A program made the translations under genes and the position numbers. Under the pieces are notes generated by a model, which did no database searches, was not told the DNA's origin, and worked only from the letters and a program-made list of their open reading frames with translations. A DNA stretch of 64,000 nucleotides. It comes from Chrysemys picta bellii. Taxonomy: Eukaryota. The stretch covers positions 159,898,001 through 159,962,000 of the forward strand of contig NC_088792.1 of NCBI RefSeq assembly GCF_011386835.1, in the 5' to 3' direction. Shown in pieces: positions 23,168 to 34,555 of the stretch. The number at the start of each line of letters is the position of its first letter. Within the stretch, counting starts at the first letter, position 1.

Positions 23168-24882
23168 GTTGAGATGTTTCACTTTTCAAAGGATGTTGAA
23201 ATTTTCAAAAATGTTGATGTATAAAAAGTGGTCAAAAATTTCGATTTATTTATTTTTTAACCAGATTTAAGATGAAATCCTGGCCCCATTGACTTCTATA
23301 GGGCCAGGCTACCCCCAATGGCCACACCCAGTGGTTATGTCTGTCTCTGCAGCTGAACTTGTGGGTGCTTCTGCATTTGGTCCTGAATCCCAGCGGTATC
23401 AATGACCATGTGAAGTTCTTGTGCCATGGAACTGTTACATGCCATTCCATGACATTTATTTTTGACATGACCTTTCAATCCCATTATTTTGTGTCTGGTT
23501 TGGAGTTTAGGGCCCTGATTTTGCTCTGTCTAGCACTTTGCATCATCACTTACACCTGTGAAAATGAGCAGAAGATGTTACCACCAGTATAAGCAAGTGG
23601 ATAACTGAATTTACAATCACTTTGCATATGTACATGGGAGGTCGTCTTCTGCTTCACACAGTGCTACCACAGATAGACCAGTCAGTGAACTGAGGTTCAT
23701 CCCAAATGATTGGAGAGAGAGACTCTGGAAGCCTGATTCTTTCCCTACTTACACTAGCGTAAATCAAGAGTAACTCCAGTGGTGTTACACAGGTGTAAAT
23801 CCAATGGCAGCTAGAGGAAAATCAAACATGAGATGGCCCTGTTTTCTTAGCATATGGGAGGGTGTTCATCTTTATAAGACAAAGATCACAATTGAACGGT
23901 CAGTTCCACCAGCTAGATACCAGTGCAGATTTCCCCTGCTGATAAAGTCAATGAAACTTAGCCAGTTTTCACCAGATGAGGATCTGGTCTATAGGAGCTG
24001 TGTTGAATTGGTAGCAGTTTATTCCCACTTTGCACAGATGTAAAGGACAACATAAAGTTAAAGTGCCCGCACTCCCCAGTTGATTGTTCTGATTTTTCAT
24101 GTGCTGTCCCAGTTTCCCAAAATCTTCTTTCAGGGCACGTGAAATGTGCTTTTTTTTTTCTTTTTATTCATTTTGTCAATCAAAATATTTGATTGCCCCC
24201 CCCCCCCAACTGTAAATTGTTTGTACGGGACATATGCTGCACCGAGTAGCTTTTGCTCAGTGTTTACCAGGAACAAGCAGACCAGCAGAATGAGAGTTCA
24301 GTGTGAGGAGCAGTATCTGGGAAGAAAGGAAAAAAGCGAATGAGTGTAGATTCTATCAAAGCTGTTCTTTTTGTTCCAAGTGAATGTTAATGACATTTGT
24401 TCTGTGTTTCATGATGAACTGGTTCGGAACACTGAGTTACCGGAAGAAACACTCCACTGTGAGTAATATGCCCAGGTCGCTCATGAGTCAGAAGCTGGCA
24501 GCACCAAGACTGGCTCACATTTTATTTAAAAGTGCACTTTTGTCTTTGTATGACTATTTCTTAACTTTAATGTATGTTGCCACAAAAGTGTCCTGGTTTC
24601 TCATCTGAAAATATGGATGTTGGGGAAAAATCAGGAGCGTAATAGCCACATTGGATTTGTCCAAGAAAATGGGTTTAACACTCCCATTCTTACAAAACAA
24701 ACAAACAAACAAACAAACAAAACCCAGCTACCTGTCATGGAATCAATAATGGAGCAGTCAGGATTCAGGTTTCATGTCTTACCTGAAAGACAATGCTTAG
24801 ATAGATCTTCACAGAATGTGAAATGTCTTACATTGGAAATCCCAGGCCAGATTCTTAGCTGGTGTAACTCCATTGACTAAAG

Positions 24883-25193
24883 CAGGGGTCGGCAACCTTT
24901 CAGAAGTAGTGTGCTGAGTTTTCATTTATTCACTCTCATTTAAGGTTTCGCATGCCGGTAATACATTTTAACATTTTTAGAAGGTCTCTTTCTATAAGTC
25001 TATAATATATAACTAAACTATTGTTGTATGTAAAGTAAATAAGGTTTTTAAAATGTTTAAGAAGCTTCATTTAAAATGAAATTAAAATGCAGAGCCCCCC
25101 GGACTGGTGGCCAGGACCCGGGCAGTGTGAGTGCCACTGAAAATCAGCACGCGTGCCGCTTTTGGCACGCGTGCCATAGGTTGCCTACCCCTG
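24883..25193. mobile_element. 311-bp hAT-Charlie-type MITE
   Basis: TIR CAGGGGTCGGCAACC / GGTTGCCTACCCCTG. Perfect 8-bp TSD GACTAAAG (24875-24882, 25194-25201). Confidence 0.95.
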
Positions 25194-25229
25194 GACTAAA
25201 GGATAATGAAGGGTCTCTGGAGTTAAAAA

Positions 25230-25320
25230 TACTGATTCACAGATTCTAAAGCCAGAGGGGATCATCATATCATCTAGTCTGACCTCCTATATAACACAGG
25301 CCATAGAACTGTCTTCACCC
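25230..25320 (-). mobile_element. CR1 3' end fragment
   Basis: attctaaagccagaggggatcatcatatcatctagtctgacctcc. Confidence 0.6.
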
Positions 25321-25489
25321 ACTTACCCCTATTTTGAACCCCAGAATGATGCAGGCACTTTGAGCAGATTGAGCTGGAGTTCTGCGGTGATGTCACACCT
25401 CAATTCACCCCCATCTCTATAACTAGAAATGTTACCTTGTAAATGATAGGCCAGAATCACAGTGTGGCTCCATTTCATAACAGGGATAA

Positions 25490-25697
25490 TAAATGGTGGG
25501 AGGAGGAGTTATAACTACCAATAGGCAAACCTCTCTTTGCCAGAAGTGGGGAATGGGCGACAGGGGATGGATCACTTGATGATTACCTGTTCTGTTCATT
25601 CCCTCTGGGGCACCTGCCATTGGCCACTGTCAGTAGACAGGATACTGGGCTAGATGGACCTTTGGTCTGACCCATTAGGGCCGTTTTTATGTTCTTA
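25490..25697 (+). mobile_element. CR1 3' end fragment
   Basis: ggatactgggctagatggacctttggtctgaccc..tatgttctta tail. Confidence 0.8.
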
Positions 25698-25914
25698 ACC
25701 TCAGCATGCTGAGCTGGAGCTGAGGTCAATGCAGCTCCGCAGATTTACACCAGCTGAGCATCTGACCTGGGCACATTTGCAGGAACTTTTTTTCGTTGTG
25801 TATTTTAAGAGCATTTACTCTGAGGCAGGTGACCTGTCAATTCTCCCCAAGGTCTCTCACCGTGCTGGAAATACATTTCAATATATGTCATTGCAATTAG
25901 AGTCTAGGTTTTAG

Positions 25915-26125
25915 AACTGGGGCACATGTATCACTAGGGGTACACGAGCACTCATCAGGAGGTATGTGAGAAAAATCCTGTAAAGGCAGACAATGCATTT
26001 TATTTAGTAAGACTTGGCAATCTAATCATAGGTATATTATGACCCTGTCTTGGATGGGGGTACATGGTAGACTACATTATTTGGAAAGGGGTTCGCAGCC
26101 TGAAAAGTTTGACAACCATTGAACT
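25915..26125. mobile_element. Degenerate hAT-Charlie-type MITE
   Basis: Right end ggggttcgcagcctgaaaagtttgacaaccattg is similar to MER5/MER20-type termini. The left end is decayed. Confidence 0.45.
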
Positions 26126-26737
26126 AGACAACAACAGCTTCGGGCAACTCCTGGGCATTTGTTAGTAAAATAGGCGCTGCTTCCTGGATTATTGGAACAT
26201 AAGAAGTGGACTGAGATCTTTAGCTATTACATTGCATGCAGCTTGTGTCAATGAGTTTCTGGAGCTTCCGCATTAACCCCGCTCTGTGGCAATAACTGCC
26301 TTGGTTTGCAGCAGATTTGTTTTATAAAACCATCATCAGCTCTTTGAGCTCCCACTTTGAGAGCTGTTTGTCAAGAGGCTTCAGAATTGGAATTGCCAGG
26401 AATGTTTTCGTTTTCAACACAGTGGGTAACGTGAATGCCCCTTTTGAGAGCCAGGCTGGTTTGCTCTGGTAAGAGTTGCCACATTGCCCCAGCCGCTGGA
26501 AGTCAATGCTTCAGCTTGCTTGACTCTGACTGCATAAGGAATCCATTTCCTGAGCACTAAACTCAAGTAGCGTGTTGGAGTTTGGACACGGTGACTGCTC
26601 AGAATGATGTTGCTGAAATTGGAGAGAGTTCTGAGAAGGGCCATAAAATTAAAGAGCCGGATCCTCAGCTGGGGTAAATCAGCACAGTTCCATGCACATC
26701 TATAGTGCTAGGCCTCGTTACATCTTCTGTGGATCTA

Positions 26738-26946
26738 GGGCCAGATTTACAAAGCTTTTTAGATGCTTAAAGTACATAGGAGCCTAGTGGGATTTTCAAA
26801 CCCCCCTAAGCAGGTTAGGTGCCTAACTCTCATTGAAAATCAATGGGAGTTCGGCCCCTACCTCACTTAGGCACATTTGTGAACCTCATTAAGTGCCTTG
26901 AATAGAATAGAATTTGCATCTTTAGGTACCTTTATAAATCTGACCT
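26738..26946. repeat. Hairpin element
   Basis: Ends GGGCCAGATTTACAAAG / CTTTATAAATCTGACCT. Confidence 0.7.
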
Positions 26947-27659
26947 TGAGCCAATAACATGAAGGGACTGGTAAAAACTGATTTATGAGGCAAGAATAAA
27001 AGTATTTAGGGCCTGATTTTCTTGCAGCACAAGAGAGCTTAAAATCAGTCATCATTTAGCCAGGTTATATGTGGCCAGGGCTCAGGGTGAGACAGTGACC
27101 ATCTACAAGTGTATGAAAGGTGGGGACACCAAGGTGGGAGAAGAATTGTTTATTGTGAGAATAGAATGAAAGCTCAGGAAAAGAAGATTTAGACTGAAAA
27201 GGTTCTGTCAGTGTAGCCTCGTAGGGCTTGTCTACATGGTGGGTAATGCATTCTATGGGGCTATGATTTCTAAAGTGGACTAAAGAGCTGAGCATTAATT
27301 GGGTCATGTGGACCCTGCTGGTGTGCTTTAACATAGTGCTGCTTGAAACATACTTTGTTAAAGTGAGCTTGGGAACCTTAGACCTGACTTCGGATGGGGA
27401 AAAAATTCAAAATCTTAAAAATGTTCAGGGAAAGGGAAATCCATTTCCCAAGCACCTGTAAGTTAAATCACTTTCCGAACCTGTTCCTGACCCCTATTGT
27501 CAGCAAAGGATAAATTTCCTAGTGTAGCCAAGGCTTAAATCTTTGCAGGCTCCTGCCTTTGTAACAGGTTATCAGTGTCTCCTCCACTTTTATGACTTTT
27601 ATGACTCAACTTGTGTCTTTTTTCCCCTTTATATTAACTATGGAGACCCTTGCATCTTG

Positions 27660-27860
27660 TGACATGAGGTGACCAAGTGGCTAAAACATTGGTGTGAGAC
27701 ACAAGACCTGGGTTTGATTCCTGACCCAACCAATGACTTGCTGTGTGACTTTGGGCAAGTCACTTGACTTCTTTGCACCTTTCACTATGTAGAGCATAAG
27801 CTCTTTAGGACAGGGGCTGTCTCTTGCTATGTGATTGCACAGTGCTTAACACATTGTGTT
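27660..27860 (+). mobile_element. MIR-like CORE-SINE
   Basis: gacctgggtttgattcctg..gctgtgtgactttgggcaagtcactt core. Confidence 0.75.
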
Positions 27861-28879
27861 ACTTTAATGCAAACAATAATAACCCCCCCCCCCCATGACT
27901 CTGGGCTGATACCCATGTTCTCTCCTTGTGCTAGCAGCACGTGCCCATTTGGTGCTCCCAAGTCCTTTGGGAAAAAGCTCAGCTCTTTTAAATGTTAAAG
28001 GCTCATCAAAGACATAGTTATTTTTAATGCTGCAAGATTTGTCTCCAGCATTTTCTGCTTTTCATTGTTCATTAATAACAGGCAAGGGCTTGTCCCATGA
28101 CTCTCATGTCTGCTGTTCTTGCCTCTCATTTTGTGCAATTCAAAGGCTTGTGCCGCTCAGATTTCCAAGTCATCATTATGCTATATTTATCCTCCTTGTA
28201 CTGCCTTTGTAACTCTTAGTCTTTTAACGTTTCAAGTCCTTTGGTGCCTGGCTACAATTCCTCCTTATATTCACTGCTCTTCTATCCCAGTTTCTGACAT
28301 GCATTCCTAAAGTTAGTTACTAGAGGGGTCTGCTATTCACACGGTATGAAAAAATCACAGCCTGGCTTGTTACTCATGGCATTTCCTTCCCCTTTATTGA
28401 TCATATTAAAAGATTCAGACACTTGGCTTTATGATTATGCTATGTTTAATTCTGCATATTAAATGACTGATGTATTCACATCTGCCTGAGAGCCTCCTTT
28501 TTAAGTACATTGCATTGTTTAATGTGCCATCATAGCGAAGCATAAATTTTGAAGCATTTTGAGACCTGCTGATGAAAAGCGCTATATTAAGAAGTGGTGT
28601 TTTAATTAATTATTCATTATCATTATTAATCATAGTTAGATATGTGAAAGGCCTCTTAGCTTGTTTCACCTATTTCTCCTGCTAGTGAAGGATTGATCCC
28701 TCCAGTATATTACTCTTTTTCCTTTATAAAAAACCAATAACACATTATTTCCCCAGGCCTTTAGCCATGGTTCTCAGGTTATTATCATTTATTATTTGCA
28801 TTCTGGTAGCACTTAGAGGTTCCACTCAAGATCAGGGCAAAAAACAATTGATGTTTTTCGACCAGCCCTAATGCTTATC

Positions 28880-29640
28880 ATTCAAACCCAGGGTTTATGG
28901 ATTCCTCTCCTGCCTTTCCTACTTGCATTGACTAGCTTGCTATTCCGTCCCTTTTTCATTATTTTTCTTGTTAAAGATCACTGTTGAAAAGTAAATGCAA
29001 GTCAGTACCAGCCATTTTGGTTCCATTATTAATTTTTTCACCCTCCACCCTACTTATGAATGATCCTATTTTCTAATTATTTTCCCACTAAACTATTTTT
29101 ACATCTCTTAACTTTCTTTCAAAGTTCTCAACTTTTCTCCCTTTCTGATCAGTCTGTCATTATCCTCAGATTCCTCTGATATCTTTTCTAGTTCTTCCAA
29201 ATGGTAAATTGAGTTAGGATTTGAAACTAAAGACCTGAATGAAAATTAAAGGGCCAGAATAAAATTCATTGGAGTTACTCTGGGATTCATGAATTTTGAA
29301 GGCCAGAGGATACCATTATTATCACCGAATCGGACCTATTATATAACACAAGCCCTAGAATTTCACTCAGAGGTTCCCACCTCCAGCCTAATAGCTTATG
29401 GTTGAACTAAACTATACTTTCTATACTGCTTTTTGATCATCAGTACTTATGGTTAATTACCCTCATTGTTAAAAATGTGCAGCTTAATTCCAGTTACAAT
29501 TTAGCTAACTTCAACTTCCAGTCACTGGATCTATGTTATGCCTTGTCTGCTCAGTTTAAGAATCCCACAGTAGCAGGTATCGTCTCCCTGTGGAAGTAAT
29601 TATAGACCATGATCAAGTCACCTTTTAACCTTTGCTTCAG
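28880..29640 (-). mobile_element. Old CR1 fragments
   Basis: Pyrimidine-rich ORF2-like segment (about 28880-29200) and a 3' end (about 29287-29640, ..gaccatgatcaagtcacctttt). Confidence 0.55.
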
Positions 29641-30998
29641 GTTTGCACCTGTGCATCAGCACCTGGCCCTAAGTCTAGAGGTGAAAGGCTGATTCAATAA
29701 GGGTCCAAAGCCCAGTAAAGTCAAGGGAAATAATCGCATATTGAGGGGCTTTGAACCAGGACCCAATCAGCTGTATAAATTAGACAGCCTTCCACCAACT
29801 CAGTTGACATCTACAGCCCTTGTTCTTTGGTACACACATCTGGCATATCAATAGGTTTGATTTTTTTTCTGCAAAGGGATGATGTTTCCCCCCATCTCCC
29901 CCATTAATAAAAAATACTTTAATTTTATGGGACTGGCAGAGCCTTAGTCTCTGACATGCTAGCCACAACCAGCTACAGAAGACTGAACCTCCAAAGGCAG
30001 AGCCAGGGGACATCTGAGAACCTAAAAGAGTCTCAGAGAGTGGTTGGAACAACCAATTTCAAGGGAATTAGAGTTCAGTGTAATCCAGAGCTTCAGAGCA
30101 TTCTTTCCAGGCGTGTAAGAGGCAGAAGCAAAAATGAGCAGCCGCATTGGAAAATCCAATGTCTTGGTTGTTAATGTCAGATTTTCCATCAATCAAGCCC
30201 TAAGGATACACTCTTTAAAGTTTCCTAATATGCAGAGTTCCAGTTTGAAGGCTGACACAGTTTGCCAATCAATGTACATGCTCCCTCTTATTAAGGGATT
30301 CCCCATGGCCACTTCCTGGAGGAAAGGAAAGTACTTTGGGGATTAGAACAAAGACTGATTCAACAGAGTTGGCTGGCCCCTAGCCCTTTATTCCAATGTC
30401 TTGTATGCACACAGCTTTTATATTAGGGTGACCAAGAAAATCAGCAACTTGGAAAGGGTTAAGGGATTTCTTCTTAATGCTTGGCTGGGCAAGCTACATA
30501 ACGAAGGGAAGCTGGATCCAGGGGTCACATCACACTGGAAGAGTAAGTCCCCCTTTCCCCTGGTTGGTGAGCGTGTGATGTCAAATGGGATGCCATGGGA
30601 ATTTCCCTCTCTTGCTCTTTGTGCCACTCATTCTTTTCAGTTCTGCCTTTGGAATATTTTCCTACAACTATTTCTCTTCTTCATTCAAACATACAAAATA
30701 TCCAGGCATGGAGCCAGCACTGCAAGAGCCAGAGCTGTGCTCAAGGGAACCAGATCTCTCCTTTGGGAGCTTCCATCACCACATTTCACTCCTGATTGTT
30801 CCCTACAGTCACAGCACCTATTTCCTGAACACTTGCTTTTCAAAGGTGCCAAACACCCACAGCTCCCATTAGTTTCTGTGATCTGACTCACTGACTGGCC
30901 CTGAATCCCTAGCAAATTAGCACGACAACCCTAACTGAAACAGAGATATGCTCCAAAATCTAGCAGCCACTTGTCAGAATTGCCAGGCAGCTGGCTAA

Positions 30999-31250
30999 GG
31001 CCTGGTCCACACTAACCCCCCACTTCAAACTAAGGTACGCAAATTCAGCTACGTTAATAACATAGCTGAATTCGAAGTACCTTAGTTCCAACTTACCGCG
31101 GGTCCAGACGCGGCAGGCAGGCTCCCCCGTCAATGCCGCGTACTTCTCTCGCCGAGCTGGAGTACCGGCATTGACGGCGAGCACTTCCGGGATTGATCCC
31201 AGAAGATCGATTGCTTACCGCCAGACCCGGAGGTAAGTGTAGACCTACCC
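30999..31250. mobile_element. 252-bp PIF/Harbinger MITE
   Basis: Ends GGCCTGGTCCACACT / AGTGTAGACCTACCC. TAA TSD (30996-30998, 31251-31253). CpG-rich. Confidence 0.92.
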
Positions 31251-31492
31251 TAAGGCAGGAGCTGCTGCCAACAGGCATAGGCTAGAGTAGAAGAAAGAAC
31301 AGTCTGTTGAAACTACTGGCAGGCATACTATTCCCACTCACATAGCAATATTCAGCAAATTACAGAGGCTGTTCCCCTTGGGAGCCTATATACCTGCCTT
31401 GGGATCACCTGGGTGAGTCCTTGCCTATAGATTGGCTGCACCCTGGAGGAGTGGAGTAGGGCCTATCACAAGCCCTGCAGTTCATTGCCTCT

Positions 31493-31535
31493 GATGACTC
31501 ATCACATTTGCTGGCTCAGGGATGACTCATCACAT
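31493..31535. promoter_or_regulatory. Duplicated AP-1 consensus sites
   Basis: GATGACTCATCACAT at 31493-31507 and 31521-31535, with TGGCTCA between them. Function untested. Confidence 0.35.
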
Positions 31536-31876
31536 CATTCCATCTTCATTCCCATGATTCAAACCTCACAAGAACCTGCCTCAGGTTTGGCCCTTCAAAG
31601 TCAAAGTGACACGTTCCCCTAGATATTTGCAAAGCAAATCACAGCCACCTAGGAGCTGGATGCTACCACTCTGATTTCAATGGCAGTGGAAGCCATATTT
31701 AATTATTATCCAACCACACTGGGAGCAAATCTATATGATGAGTGAGGGCAGGGAGTACTCAGGAGATCCCACCACAGTTGCATCCCTTTGAAGCTCTTTG
31801 GAAACTTGCATCTTCTTTCTCAGTGCTGGAAACAGTCTAAGGAGCCTTTCACCTTTTTGATTCCAGAATCTTTTTT

Positions 31877-32147
31877 GACAGAACAAGGAGAAATGGTCTC
31901 AAGTTGCAGTGGGGAGGTCTAGGTTGGATATTAGGAAAAACTTTTTCACTAGGAGGGTGGTGAAGCACTGGAATGGGTTATCTAGGGAGGTGGTGGAATC
32001 TCCTTCCTTAGAGGTTTTTAAGGTCAGGCTTGATAAAATCCTGGCTGGGATGATTTAGTTGGGGATTAGGTCCTGCTTTGAGCAGGGGGTTGGACTAGAT
32101 GATCTCCTGAGTGACCCTGATATTCTCTGATTCTGTGATTGATTCTA
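31877..32147 (+). mobile_element. CR1 3' fragment
   Basis: Encodes the ORF2 C-terminus ([10 protein letters not shown]..), then a 3' UTR and ATTCT(C/G)TG tail. Confidence 0.92.
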
Positions 32148-32364
32148 TTCAAGCTCAGGATCCACCCTGAGACAGAGATCCTGACAAACCATTGATCAGT
32201 GGAATGAGCTGGTGGTTCTAAGAGCAGTTCAGATGTTTTGCCTGCTGCCTACAGAACACTTGGTACTAACGGTTGGCCTTCTCAGCAGAGACGCTGTGGA
32301 CTGAATGGGCAATAAATATCTAAAACACTCATCTGACCCTCATTCCTTTTTAACACCATAGTAA

Positions 32365-32475
32365 GTTCTCTTATCCCCATTTTACAGATGGGGAACCAAG
32401 GCCCAGAAAGAGACTAAGTGTCTTACCCAAGTCAGCAGAACAGGGACTTGAACCTAGGTTTCCTAAGTCTAATGC
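32365..32475 (-). mobile_element. MIR-like core
   Basis: ttatccccattttacagatggggaaccaaggc. Confidence 0.75.
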
Positions 32476-33701
32476 TAACATCAGAATACCTCAACCCTCC
32501 TAAAGGACATCTGTGGCTGGCCTATGCTAACTAACTCAAGATCACAGGATTCAAGCTGTGGGGCTGTCTCATTGCTGTGCAGACTGCCAGGCTTGGGGAG
32601 GGGGTCTAAGACTCTGCAGGGTGGTAGGATCCCAGAGCCCAAGCCTGGAAGTCTGCCCAGCAGTGAAACAGCCCCGCAAGCCAGAGTCAGCTGGCATAGG
32701 CCAGCCATGGGTTTTTCTTTGCTGGGTAGACGTACCCTTAGAGAACAAACTCATTACACTCCCCTGGAGGTTATGGCTGCAGCACATTAAAAAGGGCTAG
32801 TGCAAGAGAAGTTTGCATCACTGCTGTCTGTGCTGTGTCCTCTCCTTCAGTCTTCTGGGGCTGCCAGCCCCCACCAAAACAATCTGTTGCGGTATTAAAA
32901 AGGAAAGGGAACGTTTAATTTTAAAAAGCCAGACTTTCCAGAGATCTCTGCTTCAGTTTGCTGGCAGTGATAGGTTACATTCCGATTGGATACAAGATTT
33001 TGTGTTCTCCATGTAAATGCTTTTTAATGGATGTTTAGCAAAAAGCTGACAGTGATATGACAGATAGGATCCACTTGGGGCTTCTCCAATCACACTATTA
33101 GTTTAGTCCTTTGGATGACAGAGATCTTGATCTTTCAGGTGTTTATTTTTTCTATTTTTCCCCTGAAATAGCTGCTTCCTTGGCTGATGCACAAGGAAAA
33201 CAGCACAGAGTAAGGGAAAAAAAACCACTTGAGAAGGTAGGAAGAAAAAAAAAGACAGAATACATCAGATCAGCTAAAAACGAAACATCATAGAGGAAAG
33301 CCTGGCTGATAATCACCAGCTCTGCAGGGCATCAGCTACCAAGTGGAGGAGGGGCTTATCAACACATGTGCCCTTCTTAAAATCTCCCTCTTGCAGAGGG
33401 CATGAGGGTTTTTTGGAGAACCTGTAGGTCAAGGTGGCCACAAAGTTTTAATGCAACCCATTTTTTAAAGGTGTAGGTTGGGATTGTCAGATGCTCCTAT
33501 AAGAGTTAAGAACCCAACTCCCACTGGAATGCTATGGGAGATGGAAATCTCTGGGGACTTTTGAGCCTTAGATAACACATACAATATGAAGGAACCAGAC
33601 AGGAATACTGGTGCCCAAATAACTACATTTAGTATATTATAGTAGCACTGTGATTTTTTTTGTCCTTTAGTAGTGTTAGAGGGAATCCTGTGGGTGAGAG
33701 T

Positions 33702-34036
33702 CGAGAGTCAAGTATCAAGGGGGAGGGATAGCTCAGTGGTTTGAGCGTTGGCCTGCTAAACCCAGGGTTGTGAGCTCAATCCTTGAGGGAGCCACTTAGG
33801 GATCTGTGCAAAAATCTGTCTGGGGATTGGTCCCCCTTTGAAGAGGGGTTGGACTAGATGATCTCCTGAGGTCCCTTCCAACCCTGATAGTCTATCAGGG
33901 GGTAGCCGTGTTAGTCTGTATCCACAAAAACAACGAGCACCTTAAATCTGAAGAAATGAGGGTTTTTTACCCACAAAAGCTTATGTCCAAATAAATCTGT
34001 TAGTGTTTAAGGTGCCACCAGACTCCTTGTTGTTTT
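33702..34036. mobile_element. Penelope-like fragment with inverted arms, interrupted by a SINE
   Basis: gggggtagccgtgttagtctgtatccacaaaaacaac followed by the inverted pLTR segment. Flanked by a 13-bp direct repeat TGTGGGTGAGAGT (33689-33701, 34037-34049). Confidence 0.8.
33719..33895 (+). mobile_element. tRNA-derived turtle SINE (tortoise polIII/SINE type)
   Basis: A-box TAGCTCAGTGG and B-box-like GAGCTCAATCC in a tRNA-like head. The 3' tail ggggttggactagatgatctcctgaggtcccttccaaccctgata matches the CR1 3' ends at 19841 and 32090. Confidence 0.93.
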
Positions 34037-34549
34037 TGTGGGTGAGAGTGAATGGGTTGTAAAAGGAGCTGAAGATCTTGCACATTTCAGCAACAATGGG
34101 GTTGGCAGAGTAAAGATGTATGTGTTAGGGTGTATTGGTGTTAGTAATACAACTTGATGGGCACAATCAAGGGTCAGACCCCGAGTGAGCACAGTTTGTC
34201 AGCCACTAACATGGCCTCTCTACAGTGTGGACACAGCCTAGTGCCATTAGGCAACCATCCAGGCCCTCTAGTCCAGCAATATGCAGGAGCCCAGTTCTCC
34301 CTTCACAAGGTACAAGCATCTCTTATTGGCTTCAGTAGGAGTTACATCTTCTGTGTTCCGCAGGGGGTTGGATAAATTAAAATCCAGGGACAATTCCTCA
34401 AGTTCCCTCTACCATTGTTGATCTTAAATATTTCATTAACACAATATAGCGTGGTGCCAAAGCAGAGTGGATTGTTTAAAAAAAGACATCAGACCGTATT
34501 GCTCCCCAGATCCACTAAACGCATTAGCTGTGACAATTCAATTTCTTAC

Positions 34550-34555
34550 CAAACT
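34550..34555 (-). other. Candidate 6-nt microexon
   Basis: Minus strand: ctgacctctttctatttccctttag|AGTTTG|gtaaga. Confidence 0.2.

Noticed and set aside
23545-23565. cag|GT|gtaagt 2-nt exon or recursive site on the minus strand
   Set aside because: Lies within a repetitive hairpin-type element, so it is repeat-derived.
30401-30886. 161-aa plus-strand ORF
   Set aside because: TTG start, overlaps a hAT end fragment, no recognisable motifs.
33719-33795. Functional tRNA gene
   Set aside because: The tRNA-like head continues into a CR1-derived tail with no poly-T terminator, so it is a SINE.
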